Below are positions 46,794 through 58,783 of a stretch of 64,000 nt of DNA, piece after piece; position 1 is the first letter of the stretch; each line of letters opens with the position of its first letter. The notes under the pieces were generated by a model. That model saw only the letters and a program-made list of their open reading frames with translations. It did not search any database and was not told the DNA's origin. This DNA is from Klebsormidium nitens (taxonomy: Eukaryota; Plantae; Klebsormidiophyceae): contig DF237329.1 in the NCBI GenBank assembly GCA_000708835.1, positions 1-64,000 of the forward strand. Direction: 5' to 3'. A program made the translations under genes and the position numbers.

Positions 46794-49700
46794 ATGGCAG
46801 ACAAGAAGGCTGTTGCCAAGGCCCCGGCCCCTCAGGCCAAGGTACGGTTGCTTTCACTACTTCCCTGCCTTGAGCAGATTGTGGCTTCATACGCAGGATC
46901 AGACAGGGGTTGTTTCATGCGGATTGCCCTTGAGGTCATCGTAAGACAAGCGAAGTCCCAGACAAGAGGGGCCAGCAAAAGCAAAGCAGCACTAACAAAG
47001 ATGATGCTTTATGAAGCAACACTGATCGTTAGAAGGCGCCCAGACGATAACCTATCAAAGTCTAATATTTACGGCCGGCACCCACCACATGCATAGCTGC
47101 GGATCCTCAATCTTGGCCCTTGTAGGATTGTGGTAATGGTAACTGGTTTGTTTTTCCTCCCCGAAGCGTACTTCTGGTCGCGATATTTGCGGCTGGATCA
47201 TATTCGGCCAGAAATGCATTTTGCTGGTAGGGCAGACTCTGCTAGGAGGGGTCGAGGGCAGCAGTGAGGAGGTTACGTCCCACTGTGAGCAACACAAGTC
47301 GCTGATATGGAATACGCTCTTTGACAGGCCGCCGAGAAGGTGCCTGAGTCTGTGCTGAAGAAGCGGAAGCGCGATGAGAACTGGACCAAGCAGAAGAAGG
47401 AGACGGAGCTGGCCGCCAAGAAGAAATCGCGCGCCGACCGCAAGGTCATCTTCAAGAGGGCAGAGGCGTACGTCAAGGAGTACCGCCAGCAGGTGATTGC
47501 CCAGACATTGAATCACTCAAGCTTGTACTTTGCAAATGGATGGACTGCTCTTGATTCACTGGTTGTCTTGGTAAGTGGCGATGGCATTCCTGATGGACTG
47601 TTGTGATTGGATTTTGAGTTTGCTCTTTTTAGGTGCCACTTGTTGTCTTCGGACCAATCCAGGTCCTCTAAGGTGCCTTGGGTTGAGCAGGGGCATCCAT
47701 GCTTGCTGGCGCCAGAGACTGCTGGCGCAGTGTGGCCGTAGTTGAGAATCGTTGGCTTTTGTGCATTTTGGAGATTGTCGCTGGCGTCGCAATCAGGGCA
47801 GTTGGGAGGGGCAACGACGAGTAGGGCGAATGAACTAGGGGCTCTGGAATCTAGCAGGGGTTAGCAAGAGGGGACTCGAACGCAGGGCACAGAAGAGAAA
47901 GAACTGGCTCAGCAGATTGTACGGAGCGAGTTGCTTGTGGAACTTAGTGATGCACAGCAAGCTGCACTCTCGGAAAGGGGTGCATCTAGGTTCGGGTTGG
48001 CACTCCCTCGGGTTGCGGCGTAAAGCCCTTTTGCTAGTATAGTAGAGACGGCAAAGGGACTTGGGGCAGTCTGGCAAGGCATGGTCACTTATGGAATGGT
48101 TCCTGAACAGAACTCATCGGAAGCTGATGGCTGAGGGCAGTGGCAGAAACTTGGGGAGGCTGTTTCTGAGCAAGAATTTGAGCACGGAAACAAGACAGGT
48201 CTTGGTTGAGCGACTGAACTCAGCGACCTTAGCCAGTTTGACAAGTTTCGTCTCTGCACAGACTCCATCTGTCTGTCAACCCTTCCTTGGGTGTAGAAGG
48301 CTTGACTTGGCATGCCACTGGCCGGGGGTCCAGCACATTGGAAAATTTCTTGCTAAAGGTTGGGATTAAGCACAGCATTCCTGAAAGACTTCACTTATCA
48401 GACGCCTATACTTTTGTTTTCTACAGGATCCCATCGTGATGGAAAAGCAAGCCAAAGCGGGAGGCCAGGTTATTTATCGAAAGATTCTGTTTCTAAGTAC
48501 AGAGGGCTGTATTTTGCAGGAGGCCGACCTGATCCGCATCAAGCGCGAGGCGAAGCTGAAGGGCGGGTTCTACGTGGAGGCGGAGGCGAAGCTGCTGTTT
48601 GTGATCCGTATCCGGGGTATCAATGACATGCACCCCAAGACTCGCAAGATCCTGCAGCTGCTGCGGTTGCGTCAGATCTTCAACGGCGTCTTCATGAAGG
48701 TCAACAAGGCGACGCTCAACATGCTGCACCGGGTCGAGCCCTACGTTGCCTACGGGTGAGAGATACTGGTTGCGCGGTACAAGCTCTAGGGTGTTAGCAT
48801 GTTGATGCTTGAGCCTTGTGCATATTCAGTGGCGACTTGATGACGGCAGAGAAGACGATGGTCAGCATGTTACCCAATGTTGAGTTGCGTGAGAGTTGTT
48901 TGAGGTTCGAGGTCTGAGGTTCAGGCTTCCAAGGTCCTCAAGTTATTTCGTGACACATCTTCTATGTCTGTTGTGGTGTTTGCAACATTTGTGAAAGAAA
49001 AGAGAAACGATTTTTGACCTAAGTGCGCTATTTTGAGCTCTGCGTTTTGCCCAGCGGTGACATCCTTGGCTGTTTGAACTTTCAATTGTTTTTGGGAGGA
49101 AGAAGGTCGAGAGTTCTGTGCTCCAGCATTTTGCAATGTGTTCTGAATGATACCAACGATCTCCACCTTCTCATTGTGCCATCAATACTGAGTTGGTGCA
49201 GGTCTCGCTGCTCTTGTGTTGTCTGCTATTTCCATCTGACGAGTTTAGAAGGATCTCCTCTGTCTGGGTTGTGTTGGAAGACTGTCGCGGCGGGTGGCGG
49301 AGATGATGAGTAGCTTGGTCCGTGTTTTTGATGCAGTGCACTCTGTGCGCTCATGGAGATAAAAACTTGCTCGTTTTTGCCAACCTGATCCGCCCCGCCG
49401 CGCAGTCTTCTTCAAGAGTTTGGAAACGCACTCTTTCGTGGTATTCGAGTCCTGAATCTGCGGCACTTTGAGAATGTGTGACATGTGTGGAAGGTTTGGG
49501 AATTGGCTTCTCGAAATCCTTGAGTAGATTCGTCTTGTTTGATCCGTTGACAGGATGGCACTCTTTCTAGTAGCTTGTCGTGGTTGTGAAACGTCTACAG
49601 TATTTTCTTGTCTACTTGCAGCGGATTTCCTTCAAGAGATTGTGAAACGGCTTTGGTTGAGATTCCTCAGAAGAAGATCACCGATTCCAATTTCATGACG

Positions 49701-50614
49701 CCCTCTGACTCTCGCACAGCCCTGACCGAAGAGTTCTTCCACTGCTCTGACTTCCAGAATTTTTGAATGGCAGGTACCCTAACTTGAAGAGCGTGAAGGA
49801 GATGATCTACAAGCGGGGGTACGGCAAGCTGAACAAGCAAAGGATTCCTTTGACAGACAACGCCGTCATTGAGGAGGTAAGAATCGAACATCTCTTATCA
49901 GGAGGAAGATTGCTTTGCAAGGGTTGAAGCGGCGATAGTAGATTGGACTAGAAGGGTGACCTCGTTCACAATTTGAGTGCAGTCGACATTTCATCTCTGA
50001 AAGTGTTACCAGAGTTTAGACGTGTTGACACTCTGGTTGTAGTGGTCATGACCCTCTTGAACTGCACGCTTGTTTACCCGATGGAAAGCTGACGTGCTAC
50101 TCAAGTTCTGTGTAAGTCGGGACGGCAAAGCAAGTTAAAACACCTCGAAGACGACAGGAATTGACGATCCCCCTCATAGCAGAAGGATTCGGTTCTGCGG
50201 ACCCAGTCATGCAGACGCAGCTCTTCCTCCTTGAGCGCTTCCTTTCGACAGAGCGTCGACGAGTTTGGTCGTGCGCACGACGACCTGCAGTCCGCCCATA
50301 CGAAGTTAGCACTGAAGGAGTCGAACACATAGGTCTCGTCCATACTGACGTCAGGAGGCATTTATGCTGACGTCAGCACTTCCGTTCTTCGCGCGCAGGC
50401 TTTGGGCAAGTTCGGCATCATCTGCATCGAGGACCTGATCCACGAGATCTACACAGTGGGCCCCCACTTCAAGGAGGCCAACAACTACCTGTGGCCGTTC
50501 AAGCTGTCGGCGCCCCTCGGCGGGCTCAAGAAGAAGCGGACCCACTACATCGAGGGGGGGGATGCCGGGAACCGGGAACTCAAGATCAACAACTTGATCA
50601 GGAGAATGAACTAG
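46794..50614 (+). CDS. RPL7: 60S ribosomal protein L7 (uL30); ~255 aa
   Basis: Exons 46794-46841, 47328-47492, 48520-48755, 49774-49876, 50399-50614 (768 nt). Sequences [75 protein letters not shown]. Confidence 0.96.
49296..49394 (+). ncRNA. U18: Box C/D snoRNA, U18/SNORD18/snR18 homolog, in RPL7 intron 3
   Basis: Box C TGATGA at 49304-49309 and box D CTGA at 49385-49388. Terminal stem gcggcgg..ggcgga / tccgcc.ccgccgc spans 49287-49401. Guide cttggtccgtgttt (49314-49327) followed by D' TTGA is complementary to the conserved LSU rRNA sequence AAACACGGACCAAG, matching the U18 guide/D' layout. Confidence 0.88.
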
Positions 50615-52272
50615 GGCGGATGGACGGTGCTAGCGGGCTTTGCGTTCTTGTGCCGGGGACGCGGGGCTTGAAAATGTTGTGTCTACCTTAAATTCTGTTT
50701 CCATGCGTGTCATATGCGGTGCCAACATGGAATGATGGGCGTGTAACTGCTCTACAAATGATGGCTTTTACAAGCCACGTCCAAGCAGATTGAGTTGTCT
50801 TCATGCAAAACATAGAAAGTGGATACTATTGATCTGCTTGGTCAGTGGGAGGCGTGTCAGGATCATCCTTGTCCGCCTCTGATTCGGCATGCCAGGCATG
50901 CTTAAGTTATGTACTGCATTTCCTGTTTGTAAATGATTCTGTAATTGGCAACCCCGCCAGCTTTGGTTGGATCATGTGAATGCGTAAGCCGTAGAGTGCA
51001 CTGCCCCTGCATGAGGGTAGTGTGCAACGGCGCAACCTACATACAATCCCATACTTAATGGTCTTTGCGTTTAACATGTATCTCTTATACGAATAGAAGC
51101 ATGGCGGCACGCTTCAAAACTGTGGTAGCTTAGTAACCTATAAAAGCGTATGTCATGATGGTGTCTTGTTTTTCGTTGAGCTGTAGCCAGTGGCGGCGCC
51201 GGGCCATAGGCTTCTCATGGATTACAATGTTGTTAGCATGAGCTTGAAAGTGTGAGTCGGCTTATAAATTGAAATACAACTACCGGCCTACCAGCAATCA
51301 CCCATACACCGTTCAGACGCTACAACTCTGGCCGGATGTATGCAGCCCACTAAGCAACGAAATTTGGAAACGCTTACTTAGGCTTTTGCAGAGGGCTTCG
51401 ATCAAAACATCTGACCAACAAGTTCTTGTGACGGACTCTATCTTGTGCTAGGCCAGGATGTTGGTAGCAGCGGGTCGGGTAGGAAGCATTTGGTAGGCTT
51501 TGAAGGACGATGGCTCGTGCGTCATCTTGATGGTACTATAGGTTGGAATGCAATCCTATGCGCCGCGGGCCATTATGAACCCCTGCCCGTTACTGATGCT
51601 ATCCTACTTAGCGTGTGGCGCCGTTAATGACCATTGACAGTGCTAGTTCATAACCATTCTGAATACATTGATTTGCAAGTGAGGGCTAGGCGTACGGCCA
51701 CCGTAGCGGTTTAAGCTGGATTTCGACCGTCATAAACGCGCACTGATCATCCAGGATGAGGGGGTTCTGCATCGCAAGATGTCAATTGCACAATCTAAGC
51801 ATGAGCTACTAGCCCTTTCAATCCGGAAATTCGATTGACCTTCCATGCCCGCTTGTCGGATATGTAACCAAGTTTTCAGTTGCGATGACTCACTGAAAAC
51901 CAATGCTTTGACAAATTAATTCAATGCAACGGGATGAAACGAGGCTGAAAACATTGTACAAGGCGTACCGAAGAGTCACTCGGGTCCCTCTTTTGGAGGA
52001 TGTCGGGCTAATGCATCTTGAATATCAAAACACATTGGGATGCGTTGACCCGATTCTTAACCGCTCAATTCCAGACAACGTTCTTGTGCCCTAAAGCTTT
52101 TCGGCGGATACGATCTGCCCCACAAACTTCTTATCGCAGCGTCAAGAGCACGACTCAAGCAAGCAATCCACACACGCGAATCATCATCGATTTTAGTTCA
52201 ACTCTGTCAGAGTGTTACTTCACAACATGTTGATCCAGATCCAACCGTTCCGCTCCTCTACTGAATTGCGTA

Positions 52273-53592
52273 CTAGCGCCGGGTGCGGATATCTTTGGAA
52301 GTTCCTCCTTCAGGGATCCATGCCATGATGGTACCTGTCCTTCCCCCAGCTGAACTGTTGTCGTTTGGAACTTCGGCTAAGCCAACGGCCATCTTGTAGG
52401 GACAGGTTGGGTCTACTTCGGTCACGTTTGGGAGGTTAGTACACCACTGCTTGTGGGCCTTCACCCAGTCTGCCTTCTGACACTCCTGGGAGGACAGACG
52501 ACGTCTATGAATGGGAGGCCGCCGGTGGAAGGTCAGATTCAGAATCTTAAATAAACCCGCGCATTGATCAGTTCTAAAAGATTGCATTCTTGAGGGTCAC
52601 CGTGACGTTTATACCGACCTTGAACTTGCAATAACTGAAAAACTCGCCTGGATTTGCACGAGGATTTTGAAGTCAATCGTGATTGCTGAAAAGGCACCAA
52701 GTGGACGCAGACTACCAAACCTTCGGATACCTATCACGTTATAAGGAGACTCGACTGACAGTTGACGCTCAACTTGTTTCTGTGCTTGTAGACGGCTCCA
52801 ATCATTCAGACTTAAATTGTCGTGCACAGATTTCCGCAGGAGTTCCTACTTCAAGCCCTGTGGCCCTCATAGAGAAGCAAGCTCTTTGAACGACACGTGG
52901 ATGGAAAAACATCCATGCCTTGTCGCGAGGTGCCATCAGAAGGAAACTTGCAACAGATCAAAAATTCTCAAAAACGCTCTCACATTCACGTAAGCGAGCC
53001 TTTCTTGTCTATATTGGGTAAGCCGAAATCGAATACCTCTCATCTTTTTAGACGGAGAAGTAGAGCCAACCAGCGCCATCCTTCCCTTGTCCTTCCAAGG
53101 ACCAGAGCACAGTTCTCTTCATTACTAACCAATCCACTGCGCTTGAGAGCTCGATGAAAGACGCTCCAAACTGTCCGCTCATTCTTCTCTTCAGTTGATC
53201 TTGGTATAAAGCAGCTTTGACACAATCTCTTCACTCACCTTGCTGCAGTACCACACTAAATGGCACGCGGTGCACTTCTTGAGCCTCACGTCCGTCTCCC
53301 GGCGCGGAATACGGGGCTTTCTCCGGCAGTACTGACAGATCGGGTTCTCCCAGCGAAACTTCACGAGCATATACGTGTCAGGGAGCCAGTGCGGCTGTTC
53401 ACTGTCGCTCAGAGCCCGGCGGACGATCTCCCGGTTGCGCTCCAACTCACACTGCGGGTATTTGCTGAGCGCGAGCTGGAACTCGGGGAAATCCACTGGG
53501 ACAGTCTTAACCCTGGTGTCAAAGTCTGGCTCGCGCTCCCAGGCAACGACTTCCTTGGACACCTTTGGCCGGTGCTTCTTTCCGGGGGCCAT
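52273..53592 (-). CDS. Small MYND-type zinc-finger protein, copy A (~188 aa)
   Basis: Exons 53592-53239 and 52485-52273. Joined motif CQYC-x17-CTACHLVWYCSKECQKADWVKAHKQWC. Confidence 0.85.
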
Positions 53593-55875
53593 TCAGCCAA
53601 TCTGCACTGGGAAGATGAGCATTACACGCGAGTCTTTCGACTTGTCAGGATGCCTTTTTGGGCCCAGCTTTAAAAGCCACTTCAGAGGCAAAGCTAGACC
53701 GCAGATACCAAAAAGTCAGCCCGCAAAGATAACGCCAAAATGGAAGGCACAGCTCCTTTCAATCGCAACTTACTCAGTGACGGCAAACCGATAAACAAGA
53801 CAATCAGCCACGCATTTGTCTTCCGACAAAGCAAAGCTGAAAGAAGAAATCAGGAGCTCAGCCGTTCTCAATATCGGCGAAATTCCTGATATCTACGAGA
53901 GCGACTTCAAGTGTACACGGAGTTCTGGCCGGTGTAGTCAGAAATGACCACAGATGTGACGTTCAATGTTTTCTCAGCTTCTCCCAAAGCCTGATCAATC
54001 AAAGCAGAGTATTTTGTTGAACGCGTAATTCAGCCTTCATTTGGGCTTGCAATAAGCTCATGTCAATAAGCTCGTGCTGGCTCTGCACCTCAACCCGAAC
54101 GGGAAATTCAGTTGGAGCGCAAACCAGAAATGTCGCCTGTTTCTTTCTCTTGCTTAGAAAATTGAATTTTGAGTGCTTCGCTTCACTCCTTGCAGAAAGA
54201 GAGAATCTGAGAAGCTACATGCTGTCGCAGAATAAGGCTTAATCCTCATCTTCGATTCGGAAGAGACAACAAATGTGCATAAATTCTACCCAAAGTGATG
54301 AAGTCTGGCCAATCGAATCTTCTCCAGGAGGCGAATGACGCGCACTTAATTAACCTCAAAATCTTGACTTCATCATCCAAATTTATACCAGGTATGTACT
54401 GAGGGCTTATCAGACTCTCGAATGAGTCAACTTCAATAAAGATGGAAATTAGCAATAAGCTCAAAAGCTGAAGAGAACAAGGGGAAATGGAAGCTTGTGC
54501 TCACCAGTTAGAATAACCCTCCAAAGCAATTTGTCACCTGTCCGAGTCAGCTATCAGCTCCAGGGGTCAGCTTAAGTCAGCGCTCTGCTCCAATCAAAGC
54601 ACCAGGTCTCTTATGTCATTTGAACTTTCCCTTTCAAGCGAGCACCCAAGCTTTAGCACTTGTACAGCGCAGGCGCCCCGAAGCTTTCTGATGCGCCGAA
54701 CCTTCAAACTCACACGGCAAGAAAAACACAAAATCCGCTGCCCTGTGGCGCGCCGACCCCAATCTTTGAAGCCCTTCAATCCCTCTTCTCAGATCATTCT
54801 CGTCTTACTAGTAACAGAAAATGGCGCCGCTCCATTTGAAGATGGCAGTAAAGGCCCCGGCGCTGCATCGAGTGCGCACCATTGCTGACCATGCACGACG
54901 ACGATCGGCTGAGCTAGCTGAGCTAAGGCAAGCTAAGGTGAAGCATCGATCGTCAATGGAGAAGAAACAACCGACGCGACACAACTGAGACTACATATAT
55001 GGATCTGATGCAAGCTACAGCGTCGAATCGTCGTCAGATTGGGATGGCGGATTATCATCTTCGACAGGAAATGTCGCCTCTTGTTTGATCCAAGAGTTGG
55101 GAAATCTTCGACGCGCTTCACTGCCCGACATAGTTGACGGTTCCGCTCCAGTACATACGCGACGAGACCGGGAAGATCTTCAGCTGCGGAGGCTGCGGTG
55201 TAGGCTCACTGGCCTTGGAAATTGTACGCGCGAGCGCGTACGCGCGTGCGCTGGACAAAGAGCCCGACCTGGGCGGCCGCGTAAGAGGGGCGACCCGTTC
55301 CCACACTGGGATCTGCCCTTCGCCCGTCATGATTGCGTGCGCTCCGGGGACAATGTTGCCGCCGCGAATGACTATTTTTGGCTGCAGGAAGATTCGTGTG
55401 CCGGCACCGCGCAATCAACCCCACCCCGGCTCTGTTCCTCGTTCTTGCCGTCGTCTCACTTCGAAGCCAGAGATGCCCAAACCGCCGGCCGGACCACCGA
55501 AACCCGGGCACTGGAGCGGTTGAAAGTCAATCAGCTGAATGGGCGAGGACCCAAGCGGTGTCTGAAGCGAAGCCTGTCAGATGGCCGGCCGCGAAGCCGC
55601 CCACGGCCAAACTTTCAAACTGTCCGCACTACGAAGCGCGTGGAGCCGCCGATGCTGCGAATTAGGTCTGGAGCCACGAGGCAGTCTACGCGGACGGCAG
55701 CAAGAAAGGGGCACCTTAAAGTCTTCGCGCGCGCGCGAGAGGACGAGAAGGGAGGTGAACAGCCGGGAAAGTGGAGAGGTTTACCGAGAGCGACGAAAAC
55801 AGCAAGGAACTAGAGGAGCGAGGTCCTTCTTCAAGGGCAGAAGCTGAGGAGACGGCGGGGGCTTGGCCGCAGACC

Positions 55876-56062
55876 AAGAATCTTCAATTTAGCAATAGTA
55901 AGCTTTAGCAATAGTAAGCTCACCAGCCTGGGACGGGTAGGGTTAGTTTGGGGGTTAGGGTGGGTTCGGGTGCGGAGCGGGTGATTCTGTAGGTTAGATT
56001 TTTAGTGTTAGTGTTGGAGCTTACTATTGCTAGCCCTTACTATTGCTAAATTGAAGAGACAT
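55876..56062. mobile_element. MITE-like element with ~41 bp inverted repeats, G-rich core and 9-bp target-site duplication (Mutator-like)
   Basis: tcttcaatttagcaatagtaag.ctt.tagcaatagtaagctc (55881-55921) is inverted at 56017-56057. The direct repeat ccgcagacc lies at 55867-55875 and 56063-56071. Confidence 0.75.
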
Positions 56063-57886
56063 CCGCAGACCGCACCCGGAGAGGCTCCCAAAGGCTGGGC
56101 TGGCGTCAGCCAGGGCGCGGATGACGTCAGGGACCTCGCGGCGCGCATGCTAGGATCGCAAGAAGAGGCGGCCGGCGCGGTCAGGTGGAAGAATCGGGGG
56201 TCAGATCCGTCCGCACAGCTGAGGACGAGTTCCTTCCGCCCAGTCGATTCATGAGGAAACTAAGAGAGTCCCGGGTGGGGAAGAGGCAGAAAGACGGCTC
56301 GGGGATTGAGGACGGAATGGGCGGACGTGGCAGATGGTGCACCGGAACGGGTACCGATGAAGCGGAATGGAACGATGAGAAACGTGGCGAGGAAAAGGGA
56401 GGCGGCGAAGAAAAGTGATGAGAGTTGGAACTTGCTAGTCCGGAGGACTTACAACGGAGCACGGAAACGGGATGGGGGAATGTAGCGCACACGGGGAAGT
56501 CAACCCGCCGTTTTTTTGAAAGAATCTGGAGCAGCGCCTAAGAGCAGATCAAAGCGGCGGCATTAAGCGAGCTGTCCAGCGGGCGATCGGACGATTCGGA
56601 GCTGATTGAGAATGTCCTGTCCGGATTGGAAGCAGAAACGGAAAAGATTGGGACGCCGGATTGGAGAGAACAGCCCGGTGAAGAAGTGACTGGGAAATTG
56701 AGTCCAGCTCATTGATCGATGGAGTAACCGGTCTCAAGATACTCAGGGCGATCATATGGAAGACGTGATCTCGACCAAGGGGGCCGGAGTCGGCTGATTT
56801 TACCGGAAAGATTGACAGCAGTCTGGGTGCGAGCACGGGTTGGGAGACAAATGGGGGCCAGGCAGAAGGGGAACGAAATGCCGTCAGAGTTGAACTTTCT
56901 TTGAACATTTAAAACAAAGACTCTTGCCAAAAAAGATCGACCTTTTGAGGAGCAGACAGACTTCTTGTCGTCCTTTGCAGCAGCAATTCTTCGCTCTTCT
57001 GACGGTGTTCGGCGGCTGTACTCAGCCAGTGCATGTCAACTTTCTTCATTTGAAACATGATGGAAAAGACACACTCTACGGCTATTGGCAAAAGCACTTT
57101 CTAACGAGGTTAGGTTTCGCCAAACCCTAACACTGTCGACGATAGTATCGTGGCCGGCAAGCTCAGCGCGATCTGTCCAGTAGAACTTTTGCGCACGTGC
57201 CAGAGCGCAGCTCCGCGGGAACGGTGAAAGCTGAAGGGTTTTTACGTGCACGCATGCTCGCAACGGATTTCCACCAACAAGGAGCACGTCAACTTAGCTG
57301 TCCGTATCTCATGCACATCCGAGAGACTGTCGTTCGAAATCTGCCTCATTTACAATCTATTCATGGGCCCTTCAGTTACGATGCGCACAAAAGGTAGCTG
57401 GTTCATGCAAGGGCTGCTAAATTACTTATGAAGGCAAACACGTATGCCTTTGTAGATCAAGCAAAAACGAATGATTCTCGGACGAAGCTTGAAGAACTTT
57501 GTTTTTATCGAACTAACTAAATTGGACGGTCACCATCATGGGTAGCACTGTTGTGAAGCTTACTCAGAGGTCTATCGGAGCACAGATGGATGCTGCGCAA
57601 ATTTCTTGTCACATGCATTTTTGTTTGCGAAGGCCACACGCATTGGGGTTGCACAGCAAACTGAACCCCCCCTCGATTCATAGGAGGCGAAAAGTCCTGA
57701 CGAGTAGCCGAATTTGTCCCCAAGTATCCACGAAAACGGATCGCCGATTGAGTCCGGAATGACCATCTAATCAGCATCTCCTCAGCTGAGCAGCTGCTGA
57801 AAGTCCCCTTCTCAATCAGACGCTTTGCAGGTTCGAGCAACTGTTGTCGCTATCCTAATCATGTTAGACGCAGCTCGACGTACGGA

Positions 57887-58783
57887 TCAATCACTTGGCG
57901 GATACGGTACAACTCTCAGCGGGACCTCTACTTTTCCTTCCAAAACCGCTAGTCTGTCTTCTCGAGACCATTCCGCGCTAACCACCCTCAATTGGTATGG
58001 ACACTCGGGGTCCACTTCGGTCACGTTCGGAAGGTTCGTACACCACTTCTTGTGCGCCTTTACCCAGTCCGCTCTTTGGCAGTCCTGAGCATTGAGATAT
58101 TGTCTCGTCAGCAAAGTCGAGTACAGTAAATCGAGGATTTTACCGGCTTTCCTTGCTCACTGATCGTGTCACGCTCTACGTAATTGACGCCGAAACCTTG
58201 CATGGGATTTGAGGTCGAAAACACTTTGACGTGAGCCTTGTGAGTTTTCTGTGTCTTATCATATAAGTCACCACCCAGACGGATGTTTCCTTCTTGCCAG
58301 AAGCCCCCTGGAATCCCTGAAACCCTAAGAAGAGAAACGTGGGTGCATTCAGTCCCTCAGAACACCTTCGAGATTGTGACATACAGTCGCTTGCGTTCAC
58401 CACTGCAGCACAGCTATGCAATTCCACCTCACCTTGCTGCAGTACCACACCAAGTGACACGCCGTGCACTTCGTCAGCGTGACGTCAGCCTCCTCGCACG
58501 GTTCCTGGGGCTTCCTCATACAGTTATGACAGATCGGGTTCTCCCACCGGCCCCTCACAAGCTCAGCTTTGCTCGGGAGACCAAAGTTCGGCCTGTTCCC
58601 CATGCCCTGGCGGACGATCTCGTGGTTGCGGTCGACTTCGCACTGCGGGTACTTGCTGACAGCGAGCTGGAACTCGGGGGAGTCTACCGGGACGGTCATC
58701 GCCCTGGTGTCAAAGTCTGGCTCGCGCTCCCAGGCGACCACCTCCGGGGACACCTTTGGCCGGTCCTTCTTGCGCGACGGCAT
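57887..58783 (-). CDS. Small MYND-type zinc-finger protein, copy B (~182 aa)
   Basis: Exons 58783-58433 and 58084-57887. Joined motif CHNC-x17-CTACHLVWYCSKDCQRADWVKAHKKWC. Same intron position and N-terminal domain as copy A. Confidence 0.85.

Noticed and set aside
48281-48294. ccttccttgggtgt resembling the U14 domain B guide
   Set aside because: Not followed by a CTGA box D, and no upstream box C or domain A.
48420-48480. Possible ancient echo of RPL7 exon 3 start (cag|GATCCCATC...GCCAAAGCGGGAGGC)
   Set aside because: Similarity is too weak to distinguish from chance by eye.
49060-49077. acatccttggctgt-ttga, a possible rRNA guide plus D' box
   Set aside because: Only ~10-11 nt complementarity from memory, and no convincing box C/D pair or terminal stem around it.
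55665-55715. VYADGS peptide resembling the first RNase H motif
   Set aside because: Immediately followed by a stop, and no other RNase H or RT motifs are visible.
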